In this document: in pieces, positions 10,400 through 20,222 of the stretch
Position numbering within the stretch: the stretch's first letter is position 1
Layout: each line of letters starts with the position of its first letter
Assembly: GCA_034190085.1 (NCBI GenBank)
Contig: JAXHTS010000081.1
Coordinates: forward strand, 2,541-66,540
DNA: 64,000 nucleotides
Reading direction: 5' to 3'
From: Spirochaetota bacterium
GTDB lineage: Bacteria > Spirochaetota > UBA4802 > JAFGDQ01
Made by a program: the position numbers and the translations under genes
The notes under the pieces: model-generated
What the model was told of the DNA's origin: nothing
What the model saw: the letters and a program-made list of their open reading frames with translations, nothing else
The model's database searches: none

Positions 10400-10425
10400 A
10401 CAATAAATTACTTTTATTGTTGACA
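10400..10425 (+). promoter_or_regulatory. candidate operator palindrome (ACAATAAA-N5-TTTATTGT) overlapping a TTGACA -35-like hexamer upstream of the cytochrome gene
   Basis: Seen directly: acaataaattacttttattgt at 10400-10420 is followed by ttgaca at 10420-10425. The -10 is weak, and the RBS AGGAGGA sits 8 nt before the ATG at 10482. Confidence 0.25.
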
Positions 10426-10481
10426 TGCTAGTAACCGCTTTTTTCATGGAAAAAACTATTAAAGATTAGGAGGAATCCGTT

Positions 10482-11696
10482 ATGCTAAATAAATTAAATA
10501 ATCCTATGGTCATCCTTTACATTGTTCTGATCGCCTTCTGCGCATGTTCAGATGATAGCAGCTCTAATAGCTTTGTCCCAACGGAAATTGTCTCATCACG
10601 GGCATATTCAGGCCATGAAAGTGATGTGGATGCTAACAATTTTGTGAAAACATATCCCTCCACAGTTGGCAAACGACTCGATGATTGCCAGACATGCCAT
10701 TCCGGGGGAAGGATTACCTATGCGGATAGCGGAAAGACAAAGAATATCGATAATCCCTGTTCTTATTGCCATCTAAAGGCATTTGAAGAGGGGAGTGACT
10801 TCACATCCGGGTACCCTTCAACCTATGAGTCTACCCTTAATCCCTATGGCCTTGCTTATAATAATGCGGGCAGAAATCAGGAAGCACTGCAAGCTATCGC
10901 TGATCAGGATTCTGATAGTGATACATATTCAAATGCGGAAGAGATTGAGGACTTGCGTTTTCCCGGGGATGCCGACAGTTATCCTGGTCAGCCCCTTGCT
11001 CCCACAATAGAGCTTTACTGGGATGATGTTACCGCAATGAATAAACATGAACAGTTTATGCTGCTTAACGCTCATAAACAGCAATATGATGATTATGTAA
11101 CCTACAAAGGGGTAACAATCCTGGATCTAATCGCTGCGGCGGGCATTGATTTATCAGGCGCTACTGGCATGACCTTCTTTGCTCCTGATGGTTATCAGAA
11201 GGATTTTGATCTGGATGAGGATATCAATTACAGTTATCCCAGGGGCATATATTATTCAGTCCCCAGTTGGCCCGATGATCCTGAGAGGAATCTCATCAAT
11301 TATCCTGATATAATCCCGGATGGGCTAGCCCATGGCAGCGAGATCCCTGATGAGTTATATATGATTCTTGCTTATGAACGCGATGATGGCTATCTGGATG
11401 AATCCTACTACGATAGCACAGACGGGAGAATAGGCGGAGAGGGCCCCTATCGAATTGTGCGTCCCCAGGAATCGGCCGGAAGACCGGATCGTGGCTCAAG
11501 AGCCAATACATATGGCGATGGATGGGACTATGACGATAACATTGATCATAATGCAGGCGATGCTGTTAAGGGCACTTGTGTAATTCGCATTGATCCTATG
11601 CCCGATGGGTATGAGGAATATGATTGGATAAACGGATGGTCCTTGATTATGGATAAAAAACTTATTGTTTATGGCCAAGGGGTAACGGAAAAATAG
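10482..11696 (+). CDS. diheme c-type cytochrome lipoprotein with a C-terminal domain resembling the sulfite-oxidase-family (Oxidored_molyb / YedY-MsrP-like) fold
   Basis: Signal peptide plus Cys (LIAFCACS). Two CxxCH heme motifs (CQTCH, CSYCH) about 25 aa apart. Downstream are the pattern YKGVTILDLIAAAGIDLSGATGMTFFAPDGYQ ... ELYMILAYERDDGYL...GGEGPYRIVRPQ ... KGTCVIRIDP, which parallels the WxGVxLxDLL...F.A.DGY / LAY.mNGe.L...GgPxRLvvP blocks of Moco-domain proteins. The usual Mo-ligating Cys upstream of the WxGV block is absent. Confidence 0.6.
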   Translation: MLNKLNNPMVILYIVLIAFCACSDDSSSNSFVPTEIVSSRAYSGHESDVDANNFVKTYPSTVGKRLDDCQTCHSGGRITYADSGKTKNIDNPCSYCHLKAFEEGSDFTSGYPSTYESTLNPYGLAYNNAGRNQEALQAIADQDSDSDTYSNAEEIEDLRFPGDADSYPGQPLAPTIELYWDDVTAMNKHEQFMLLNAHKQQYDDYVTYKGVTILDLIAAAGIDLSGATGMTFFAPDGYQKDFDLDEDINYSYPRGIYYSVPSWPDDPERNLINYPDIIPDGLAHGSEIPDELYMILAYERDDGYLDESYYDSTDGRIGGEGPYRIVRPQESAGRPDRGSRANTYGDGWDYDDNIDHNAGDAVKGTCVIRIDPMPDGYEEYDWINGWSLIMDKKLIVYGQGVTEK

Positions 11697-11735
11697 ATAG
11701 AGCGACGCCATGTATCGTAAGAATATAGTTAAAAT

Positions 11736-12971
11736 ATGGCTTTGAGAAGTTTATTGATTCTATTGGTGTTATTTTTTTGCTATCCCCTAAAGGCGCAGAA
11801 TAACCCTGCGTCTATTTATATCAATGGAGGAATCAATAATCCCGAAATCCCTGATAAGATTAAGGATGATCCTCTTTATACCTTTAATGTGCATATTGGA
11901 GGTTATCTTCAGTTATGGTATATCTATGAAGGGGTGGAGAATGGGAAGCGGCAGCGTTTAACAAATGATGAGGCTGCACAGCAGGCATCGGGGTTCAGCT
12001 TTAATAGGGCAAGGGTATATATTGAGAATATTGATGGCAAACTTAGGGGCAAGATATCAGCAAAGCTTGAAAGCGGCACCCCATCAATGCTGGATGCCTA
12101 TGTACATTATTTATTGATAAAGGATAATCTTCAACTCCGGGCCGGGCAGATGAAGATACCATCAACCTATGAGGTTGAAACCAGCAGCTCAAATCTTGAA
12201 TTTGCTACACGAAGCCGCTTTACCGACAATGTGGCCAACTGGTCATTATCAAAGAGCACATCGAGCATCTCCCCCTTTACCAGCGTCCAAACCTATTATA
12301 GGGATTTGGGTGTGGCTATTAGGGGAAATCTTTACGGATTCACATATCACTGTATGATATCAAATGGGCTTGGGGCAAATCTTTTTGTAGGGGGCAATGA
12401 GAGCAGGCAATTTGTATACACTAACACCTTTGGAGCATATTTTTTCGGGACGAGGCTATCATGGGATATTATGAGGCTTTTTCATCTGGTAGATTTCCCA
12501 GTATCATCATTTCGCCTTGGGGGGCATAGAAATCGGAACAGACACCCGAATATACTCTATAATGACACAAAGACGGTTCTTGATATAGATCGGGAATCCT
12601 GGTCCTCTGACATACAGATAATCATCTTTAATCGAATCAGACTCACTGGCATGTATGGGAAAGGGGTTGTTGAGGATGACTTTGACAACAATAATGAGCC
12701 GGATTATAGGTATCACGGCTATGAACTCAGGGTTATTGTTGAGATACTGAAGGATCGTCTTGAAGCTGGATTTAGATTCGATTCCTACACTGATGAAAAC
12801 TCTATCTTTGGCGGGGAAGAGACTATGAAGACCTATACCCTTGGGATTAACTACTATATCCCTCCTGGTCTAAGGATGCAGCCCAATTATAAATGGAAAA
12901 GGCTTGAGGGTGAACTCAATATTGAGACCAATGATGATATCTTCATCCTTTCAGCGCAATATGAATTTTGA
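11736..12971 (+). CDS. outer-membrane beta-barrel porin-like protein
   Basis: Signal peptide (cleavage after LKA), alternating amphipathic beta-strand pattern, C-terminal ...ILSAQYEF with a terminal Phe typical of OMPs; 411 aa. Lies 40 bp downstream of the cytochrome gene. Confidence 0.55.
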   Translation: MALRSLLILLVLFFCYPLKAQNNPASIYINGGINNPEIPDKIKDDPLYTFNVHIGGYLQLWYIYEGVENGKRQRLTNDEAAQQASGFSFNRARVYIENIDGKLRGKISAKLESGTPSMLDAYVHYLLIKDNLQLRAGQMKIPSTYEVETSSSNLEFATRSRFTDNVANWSLSKSTSSISPFTSVQTYYRDLGVAIRGNLYGFTYHCMISNGLGANLFVGGNESRQFVYTNTFGAYFFGTRLSWDIMRLFHLVDFPVSSFRLGGHRNRNRHPNILYNDTKTVLDIDRESWSSDIQIIIFNRIRLTGMYGKGVVEDDFDNNNEPDYRYHGYELRVIVEILKDRLEAGFRFDSYTDENSIFGGEETMKTYTLGINYYIPPGLRMQPNYKWKRLEGELNIETNDDIFILSAQYEF

Positions 12972-12983
12972 TCGAATTGGCAA

Positions 12984-13673
12984 TTATCTTTTCATTGAGG
13001 CAAGTCCATTATTAAGAGTTTTTCTCTTCTCCTTGAGCCTCTTTATATGATCATCAATAATCCTGCGATAATTTAATTCTCCCTTAATAATGGAATACCT
13101 CTCTGACTCAATGAATCCCAGGTCTGTTGTTATCCTGATGTTGCTGGCCTTCTCCGCATATCCTTTGGCTTTATTCCAATAGCCTATAGCCTTCCTGTAC
13201 AGCCCTTCAGCAATGTCAAGGCTCTCCCTGATCTCCTTAGCAAAATCGAGGTTGTAGAAATAGATTCGTCTTTTGTCATATCTTGACGCTATTCTTAGAT
13301 AATTTCTCATTATGAGAATGTTTATATGCATAAACATGAGCCTTCGGTATTTGAGATATTCATCCTTTGTCTCAATCTTAATTAGAGCCTCTGAAGGATG
13401 CCTAAATCTGCATTCTAGGGCCCTCTTCAATCTTTCAATATTCTTTCTTAGCGAGTTTTCATTATAATACTGTTTCTTTCCATAAAGCTGGTAATAATCC
13501 TCCAGGTAGTGCGGCACAGTTTTATAGTGGAGCCTAACCTTTGGTATATAGTCAGAAAATGGTGTGTATTCCTTCTTTTCTTTGAAATACTGATACTGAT
13601 AATCCTCTGCATCTAATTGCGGGGCACACAGATGCACAATAAGAATGATCTGTAGAACAAGGCATTTTTTCAT
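12984..13673 (-). CDS. secreted basic Tyr-rich hypothetical protein
   Basis: N-terminal signal peptide (MKKCLVLQIILIVHLCAP); no recognisable domain. Confidence 0.45.
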   Translation of the reverse strand: MKKCLVLQIILIVHLCAPQLDAEDYQYQYFKEKKEYTPFSDYIPKVRLHYKTVPHYLEDYYQLYGKKQYYNENSLRKNIERLKRALECRFRHPSEALIKIETKDEYLKYRRLMFMHINILIMRNYLRIASRYDKRRIYFYNLDFAKEIRESLDIAEGLYRKAIGYWNKAKGYAEKASNIRITTDLGFIESERYSIIKGELNYRRIIDDHIKRLKEKRKTLNNGLASMKR

Positions 13674-13857
13674 ATCTTTAATGGTGTCTTAAGGGCATTA
13701 TTATGAATATATTATCGGACTCCTGGATTGTTTTAATGATAGGTTATATGCGATGTTTCTACAGTCCCATTTATTTGGATGATGTTTTAAATTGAATTTA
13801 TTGTTTAATATATAGTCGCTATTTTGAAACTTTACAGGTAGCAAATTAAATTTTAGG

Positions 13858-14124
13858 TCATGCCGCTATAACATGAGTCTTGCCATGCTCCCTGATATAA
13901 TCATTTGAATTTATAGAATTCCAGAAATTATGCCAACGGTCTTCGAAATATTTACATCGAAGCCTTGCCATTGCATTCGCATGCTGGAGAGTCCAGCGTA
14001 TACCCGTCAATTTTAACCGGCCTGAAAGGCTTTGAACGAATCTCTCACATATACCCCTGATTATTAATTTTGCTCCGCAATGCGAGCAGTTTTTTTTGCT
14101 CAACTTTTTCCCGTTGTTCTTCAA
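13858..14124 (-). CDS. hypothetical small protein with an N-terminal CxxC motif
   Basis: 88-aa ORF (NCSHCGAK...). Weak coding signal; possibly a gene remnant. Confidence 0.3.
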   Translation of the reverse strand: MKNNGKKLSKKNCSHCGAKLIIRGICERFVQSLSGRLKLTGIRWTLQHANAMARLRCKYFEDRWHNFWNSINSNDYIREHGKTHVIAA

Positions 14125-14406
14125 GTGACTTCTCAGTTATTCGCCTTTGAAATTCCTTCCCAATATTTAATGCATCCCCTTCAATTTTATCAAAGCCTCG
14201 AATGCCTTCGCTTACCCTATGTATTTTATGGATGTATTATTAAATGGGGTTGATTTTTTCACCTTTTCGTGTGATTATAACTAGTATTAGTGCCAATATT
14301 GAGCAAGAATCATTCTACACCTGATAAACCATATGCGCATCAAATATCTTGGATATATTTAATTCAGAATATGCGATTACAGCGGGAAAGTAAGAATTAA
14401 TAATTT

Positions 14407-16134
14407 ATGAAGATAGTAATATTCTATATAGATCCTAAGGTTACCAGAATGTTCGTTGAAAAGACTGATGAGCAGGGGAATAAATCTCTGGCTCTTTCAT
14501 CGCCAAATAATTTTGTGTATAGAAATGAAAATATCGCTAAAGTAGTCGAAGGCGACGATATTGAGGATGCGACCATACATATTGATAATGAATATAGCTT
14601 TCATACAATCGTAAAACTAGTTACTTTAAAATCTGGTGAAGGAATATATTTTGATGAGAAGTCAAAGATTTATAAGACCTCAGATTATGGCTTTTCAATA
14701 TTTGATAAAAACAGTTCAACTATATCATTGTTTCAACCTCTACAGATTCCAAAGGATAAGAGCAAGGCTTATTATATAGTCCATCCGACAAAATTTCGGA
14801 AGATCCCAACAAATAGGGATATAGAGGAGACATTGGTTAAGAAGAACATCTTTTCCATTGTGGAAAAAAATTTGATTATAGATCAATTAACCAAAATCGA
14901 TGTAAATGAACCAAAGATTACCCGAATATTAGTAGCTTCTGGGAGGGACCCGATTGATGGGTGCCATGAGTATTTTATACCACTTATTGAAATGGAGAGG
15001 AAGGCTGGTAAGGTCTTGGAGGATGGAAGTATGGATTTCAGGGAGATCAATTCAATTATTGAGGTAAGGAAGGGACAAAAGATATTAGAGAAGATTCCGG
15101 CAATTGAACCTGAGGATGGATTTAATATCTACGGGGATAAGATCGAGGCGACATTTTTAGAGAATAAGGGATATGATAGAGGAAGCAATATTGTGCAATC
15201 CGGCAGCGATAAATCAATTTATGTATCTTCAATAGATGGATGCCTTGAAATAACAAAGAGAAGGGTATCAGTAAAACCCGTTGCATTGATTAAGGGAGAT
15301 GTGGACTATGATACAGGGAATATTGACTTCAATGGTTCTGTTCATATATTCGGATCTGTCTTACCCGGTTTTTCTGTGATAGCAAAGGACAACATTATTA
15401 TAGATGGGCATGTTGATGATGCTATAATTGATGCGGGTGGGGATATTCAAGTGAAATTGGGGATAGGTGGCAAGGGCCTAACAGAGATAAAAGCCGGAGG
15501 CGGGGTTAAGGCTAAATATATACTCAATTCAACAATTCAGGCTGTGGGAGAGATTGAGATTGTAGATTCTATCATCAATAGTAATGTCTCATCAAATGAC
15601 AAGATTACTGTAACGGATAAACATGGGAAAATAATTGGCGGGGAAGCGGTTGCCTTGCATGAGATCATTGTTAATGAATCCGGGGTTCCCAAGGAGAATA
15701 AGACAATACTTAATGTAGGAAAGAGCATATACGAAAGAGATGTTAAGGAAAAGAAGAGAAAAATGGATATGATGAAGTATAATATTGAAGAGGTTAGGGA
15801 ATATATAAAATCGATCTTTGGCGAGAAGCTCTTTAACGATCCAAAGGTTTTCATCTCAAATCTTATTCCTGTAAGGAGAAAGAGCTGTCTCTTGCTACTA
15901 TCGAAGATTACTGATTATAATAAAGAACTCAAGCTATTAACAGAGGATTACAATTCGTCAAAGGAGATGACACAACTAAAACGGGAACCAATGGTACATA
16001 TATTAAATAAGATTTATCCCGGCACTCAAGTCAATATTAATAATTGTGTAAAGCTTATTGAAAAGGTACTAACTAATGTCAAATTTTATGAAGACAAAGA
16101 TGAAAGGATTATTCGATTTACTAATATAGTATAA
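14407..16134 (+). CDS. FapA-family protein (DUF342; flagellar-assembly/chemotaxis-associated, beta-helix repeats)
   Basis: C-terminal repetitive GDVDYDTGNIDFNGSVHIFGSVLPGFSVIAKDNIIIDGHVDDAIIDAGGDIQV...IIGGEAVA pattern, typical of DUF342. Confidence 0.75.
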   Translation: MKIVIFYIDPKVTRMFVEKTDEQGNKSLALSSPNNFVYRNENIAKVVEGDDIEDATIHIDNEYSFHTIVKLVTLKSGEGIYFDEKSKIYKTSDYGFSIFDKNSSTISLFQPLQIPKDKSKAYYIVHPTKFRKIPTNRDIEETLVKKNIFSIVEKNLIIDQLTKIDVNEPKITRILVASGRDPIDGCHEYFIPLIEMERKAGKVLEDGSMDFREINSIIEVRKGQKILEKIPAIEPEDGFNIYGDKIEATFLENKGYDRGSNIVQSGSDKSIYVSSIDGCLEITKRRVSVKPVALIKGDVDYDTGNIDFNGSVHIFGSVLPGFSVIAKDNIIIDGHVDDAIIDAGGDIQVKLGIGGKGLTEIKAGGGVKAKYILNSTIQAVGEIEIVDSIINSNVSSNDKITVTDKHGKIIGGEAVALHEIIVNESGVPKENKTILNVGKSIYERDVKEKKRKMDMMKYNIEEVREYIKSIFGEKLFNDPKVFISNLIPVRRKSCLLLLSKITDYNKELKLLTEDYNSSKEMTQLKREPMVHILNKIYPGTQVNINNCVKLIEKVLTNVKFYEDKDERIIRFTNIV

Positions 16135-16191
16135 ATGACTATTTTTATTGAGGTTAATAACAACTCCGATTTTGAAAGGATAGGATAAGCT

Positions 16192-17061
16192 ATGGAGAAA
16201 AAAGAACTAAGAGAGATAATTTATTCAAAGATTGAAGAGCTTCCCACACTCCCTGCTGTGGTTCCCAAGCTCTTGAGCCTAATAGAAGACTCGAAGAGCA
16301 ACGCTTCAGACATTACAGATGTGATCTCCCATGATCCGGCATTGACATCAAAGATATTAAAGGTTGCCAATTCAGCCTATTATGGCTTCTCTGAACAGAT
16401 ATCAGAATTAAATAAATCTGTAACCCTTCTTGGCTTTAACATGGTAAAGTCTTTGGCCTTGTCCATAGGAGTCATGAAGAGCCTGCCCACATTCAAGAAG
16501 AATCCCTACTTTTCGCAGGATGGCTTGTGGACTCATAGTTTGGCTGTGGCTACGCTGATTCAGGAATTAGGCAAAAGGCATTGCAAGAAGGATGCCAATG
16601 AATCACTTTTCATAATAGGACTCCTTCATGATGTTGGTAAGATTGTGCTTGATCAATTTTTTCATGAGAAATTTCTTGAGGCTTTAGAGTATGCAAATAA
16701 ACTTGAAAAGCTTAGCCTCCACATAGCCGAGCGGGCGGTAATCGGTATCGATCATTGTGAAGTGGCGTCAATGCTTTTAAAGCGATGGAAATTTCCCCAA
16801 AAAATAATAAATCCAATCGATTTTCATCATATGAAAGAACTACCAGAGGAGATTAGCGTCGCTGACGTTTCCCTGCTCAGAATCGCAAATGCTTTGAGTC
16901 AGGAACTAAAGCTGGGGGATGAAGGAAACTCGATCCCTAATGAGATTGGTGAATGCGATCTAAAGCTGTTAAACATGGAAGCAAAGGATTTGGAAGAGAT
17001 GAGAACCTTTGCCAATAAAAATCGGGATAAGGTCAATGATCTCTTAAAAGCTATGATCTGA
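16192..17061 (+). CDS. HDOD domain protein (HD-related output domain; signalling/chemotaxis accessory)
   Basis: LPTLPAVVPKLLSL...DVISHDPALTSKILKVANSAYYG...LGFNMVKSLALSIG...LHDVGKIVL matches HDOD. Confidence 0.75.
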   Translation: MEKKELREIIYSKIEELPTLPAVVPKLLSLIEDSKSNASDITDVISHDPALTSKILKVANSAYYGFSEQISELNKSVTLLGFNMVKSLALSIGVMKSLPTFKKNPYFSQDGLWTHSLAVATLIQELGKRHCKKDANESLFIIGLLHDVGKIVLDQFFHEKFLEALEYANKLEKLSLHIAERAVIGIDHCEVASMLLKRWKFPQKIINPIDFHHMKELPEEISVADVSLLRIANALSQELKLGDEGNSIPNEIGECDLKLLNMEAKDLEEMRTFANKNRDKVNDLLKAMI

Positions 17062-17065
17062 TGTC

Positions 17066-19027
17066 CTATTCCAATTCATTTGATGGCTCTAACCAGATGA
17101 CATCATAAGGCTGCATTGTTATAAATAGCCTTCCATCCTCTGCCATCCACTTCATGTTGCTTACTATATCAATCCAATATTCATTGGTGGAGGATGCTAT
17201 TGGAAGGGGTAGAGTACTTAGAGGAATCTCCAGATGGCAAACCCTGTTTGTCACATTGGTTAGGGCTATTATATGCTGATCCATTTCAGGGGATATCCTC
17301 AAGAGGGCAAATATATCAGATGATAGATCTAAGATGTGTTGATCTCCATTAGGGTGAAAGGCTCGTTTCTTTGTTCTGATTGAAATTAGCCTGCCGAGTT
17401 CCCGATTTATACGCGATATCTTGGAAAAGGGATCGTTCATGGCCTCGGTTATGGCCCTATAAGAGATAACAGTGCGATTGATATCCCTCTTGGATTGGGT
17501 TTTCAATACAGCCTGGATGTCGTTGATGGTTCCTATTAGGCTATGGAGATAGATACCAGGAACCCCCTTAAGAATCAAGGCTATAATTCTCGAAGCAACA
17601 AATCTCTTGACTTGAAAGGCAATATCTTCATCAGAATCCTCGCGATTAAGGGCGCTAAACCAGGTTATATTGATCTCATATGGCTCTTCAATGCCACCTT
17701 CGCCACTCTTGTAAGAGATGTATCCGCCATGTTCCTCTGCCCTATGGATGAGGATGTCAATATCCCCTTTTTGTAATATGTTCTTAACCGCCATAAGGCC
17801 AATGCCGTCATGTGAATCCAGAAAGTTGAAAAAAGTGGTGGTGTTCGAAGGGACATGGAGAGACTTTGCCCAATTGGAAAGCTGAGTTGCATCCTCTTTG
17901 TAGAAGGTATACAGAACAAGGGGAGGCAGGGCAAAGTTATAAACCATATGAGCCTCATCATTGCCATTGCCGAAATAGGAGATGTTCTCTTCATGAGGCA
18001 CATTTGTCTCTGTTATTAGGGCCACCCCGGGCGCAACGATATCTAAAATATCATGAAAGAGTTTCACTATCTCATGTGTCTGTTCCAGGTGAATACAGCG
18101 AGTCCCTGGCTCTGCCCATAGATATGTTACAGCATCCAACCGAATAATATCAGCCCCGTGACGCACATACATAAGTAGGATATCGATTACCCGTATCAAC
18201 ACGTTTGGATTTTTATAATTGAGGTCAATCTGATCAGATGAAAATGTAGCCCATACATATTTTGGGCCATTGATCGTATCAAATTTAATAAGTATATCAG
18301 AGGTTCTTGGACGGAATATCAAATTACGCTCTTCAAGCGTTAGCTCATCATATGAGTTGAATGTTATGAAAAAGTCCCTGTAGTAGGGGCTTCCGTTCAG
18401 GAATTCCTGAAACCAATGACTCTTCGATGAAACATGATTGATGACTCCATCGAACATCAATTGATAGCGCTCCTCTAGGTCTTCAATGTCTGCCCAGGAA
18501 CCAAGTCTAGGATCCACAGTTCCGAAGTCGATAATGGAGAAACCCCTATCTGATGAGTAGGGGAAGAAGGGCAGGATATGGAGTGTATTGATTGTCCCTT
18601 TGAGGAATGTATCGCAAAATTTTGCTAGGGTGGCAAGGGGGGAGCGCTCTTCGCCATGAAGGATGTCTCCATAGGTGATGAGGATAACGTCCTTTTCTGA
18701 AAACCTGTCACTTGGATCACACATCTCCTCATCATTGATCATTCGGTCAGGTTTATGAGCATAGTAAATCTGAATATATCGCTCCAGTTCGGGCATATAG
18801 GCTTCCGCTATATCTCTGCCATAGAGGAAGATCAACCTGTTTAAAATATTGTTATGTTCTTCCGGGGTGAGTTGAAACACTTCCCTTGAATAATCCGGTT
18901 CATGATTGTGAAAGGTTTTTGTATATTTAACGGATATTTCTGAATCGGTATCTTTGGTGTTATTATTTGAGCATTCCTTTATCATGGTTGTTTTGTCCGA
19001 TGAACCAGTCAGATCGTCTCTCTGCAT
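17066..19027 (-). CDS. GH13 sugar phosphorylase (sucrose-phosphorylase-like, GH13_18) with a ~150 aa N-terminal extension
   Basis: IRLDAVTYLW (catalytic nucleophile region), ITETNVPHEENISYF and FLDSHDGIG blocks as in sucrose / glucosylglycerate phosphorylases. 653 aa versus ~490-500 for typical enzymes. Confidence 0.75.
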   Translation of the reverse strand: MQRDDLTGSSDKTTMIKECSNNNTKDTDSEISVKYTKTFHNHEPDYSREVFQLTPEEHNNILNRLIFLYGRDIAEAYMPELERYIQIYYAHKPDRMINDEEMCDPSDRFSEKDVILITYGDILHGEERSPLATLAKFCDTFLKGTINTLHILPFFPYSSDRGFSIIDFGTVDPRLGSWADIEDLEERYQLMFDGVINHVSSKSHWFQEFLNGSPYYRDFFITFNSYDELTLEERNLIFRPRTSDILIKFDTINGPKYVWATFSSDQIDLNYKNPNVLIRVIDILLMYVRHGADIIRLDAVTYLWAEPGTRCIHLEQTHEIVKLFHDILDIVAPGVALITETNVPHEENISYFGNGNDEAHMVYNFALPPLVLYTFYKEDATQLSNWAKSLHVPSNTTTFFNFLDSHDGIGLMAVKNILQKGDIDILIHRAEEHGGYISYKSGEGGIEEPYEINITWFSALNREDSDEDIAFQVKRFVASRIIALILKGVPGIYLHSLIGTINDIQAVLKTQSKRDINRTVISYRAITEAMNDPFSKISRINRELGRLISIRTKKRAFHPNGDQHILDLSSDIFALLRISPEMDQHIIALTNVTNRVCHLEIPLSTLPLPIASSTNEYWIDIVSNMKWMAEDGRLFITMQPYDVIWLEPSNELE

Positions 19028-19210
19028 ATTGCTTCCCCTTTTATATTGACTATGCTGAATCTTCGTTATAAAGAGTGATGTATAGAATTGTAAAAATATC
19101 AGCCATAATTCTATAAACAGGACTAGAACGAGCCGCCTATAGTATATCCCAACAATATAAGCATGAGCCCTTGTTTTCGCAAAGATAAAGGCAGCTGTTA
19201 AGTTTATATG

Positions 19211-19690
19211 TTACTTTACGGCTATACTTATCTCCAGCGGACCGTATGGGCTGTATAGATTAAGGACCAATACTGAATATTTCCCTGTGCTGTAGGTTCC
19301 GAAGTTGGGTCTATCCATAACTGTTGGGGTTGATATATCCAGACCCTTATCGGATAATATATTTATCGCATTACCTGTGATCATGTTGGCAAGCTCCCCG
19401 ATAATATCTTTGTACTCACACATTATCTGTTCCTCTGACAGGCCTGGCACGAGGACATCTGCAATCTTATTCACTGTATAAAATCCGATACTATATACCA
19501 CCATTCCTTGAACATTGCCGGTAATCTCTAACTTGATGACTACCTCATGTGAGGGTTTAGGATTATTTGCAATTTTTACTTTTCCTTTCTTAAGCTCAAT
19601 TTTAAGAAGCTGTTTAAAGACCATACTGGCTCCAACTAGAAAGGGATTAACATATTCGATGTTGATTTTTTTCTCCACTATTTGTTTCAC
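19211..19690 (-). CDS. cheX: chemotaxis phosphatase CheX-like (CheC/CheX/FliY family)
   Basis: 159 aa, GELANMITGNAI motif and overall CheX-like pattern. Confidence 0.7.
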   Translation of the reverse strand: MKQIVEKKINIEYVNPFLVGASMVFKQLLKIELKKGKVKIANNPKPSHEVVIKLEITGNVQGMVVYSIGFYTVNKIADVLVPGLSEEQIMCEYKDIIGELANMITGNAINILSDKGLDISTPTVMDRPNFGTYSTGKYSVLVLNLYSPYGPLEISIAVK

Positions 19691-20222
19691 TCCACCTTGA
19701 TCTTAATGATATAATATCCCATTGGCGAGTTATTATATTAAATATATGTTTATGAAAATTTTTGTTTCATTGGTATGACTTTATTATATTCGTTGAAGTT
19801 AGATATATAACTTTGCCATTGATATTGATTTAACTTGATTATGTTGAAAGAACTCCCCATTGCAAGCGGGTTAACCTTCATTGGGCGCCAAGATTTCTTT
19901 CAATATAATATTCAGTCATCGGTTTTTATATTGATATAAAATTAATCCAATATTGTTGTTAATTTCTTCAAATGTAGATATGATATACGATTATCTGAAG
20001 AGAGTCAAGAAACATTCATTACCCAATTGATTTATTATTTATATAAACAGCATAAAGAAATATTTTTAATGACTTTTTCCCAATATTATAATATTATAGC
20101 ATAGGAAAAATAAATCCCTTCTCATTTTGGTTATTTTAGTTGTGAATGTATATCAGAGGGATGCTGTTAGAATAGCGTGTGTCTCAATTGTCGTTATACA
20201 AGTTTTCATATAGAGGTGTAAT

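Noticed and set aside
13858-14124. Possible transposase remnant (zinc-ribbon N-terminus)
   Set aside because: Only a single CxxC pair; no match to TnpB, ISL3, IS1595 or IS1 N-terminal patterns that I can recognise; no inverted repeats around it. Kept only as a hypothetical ORF.
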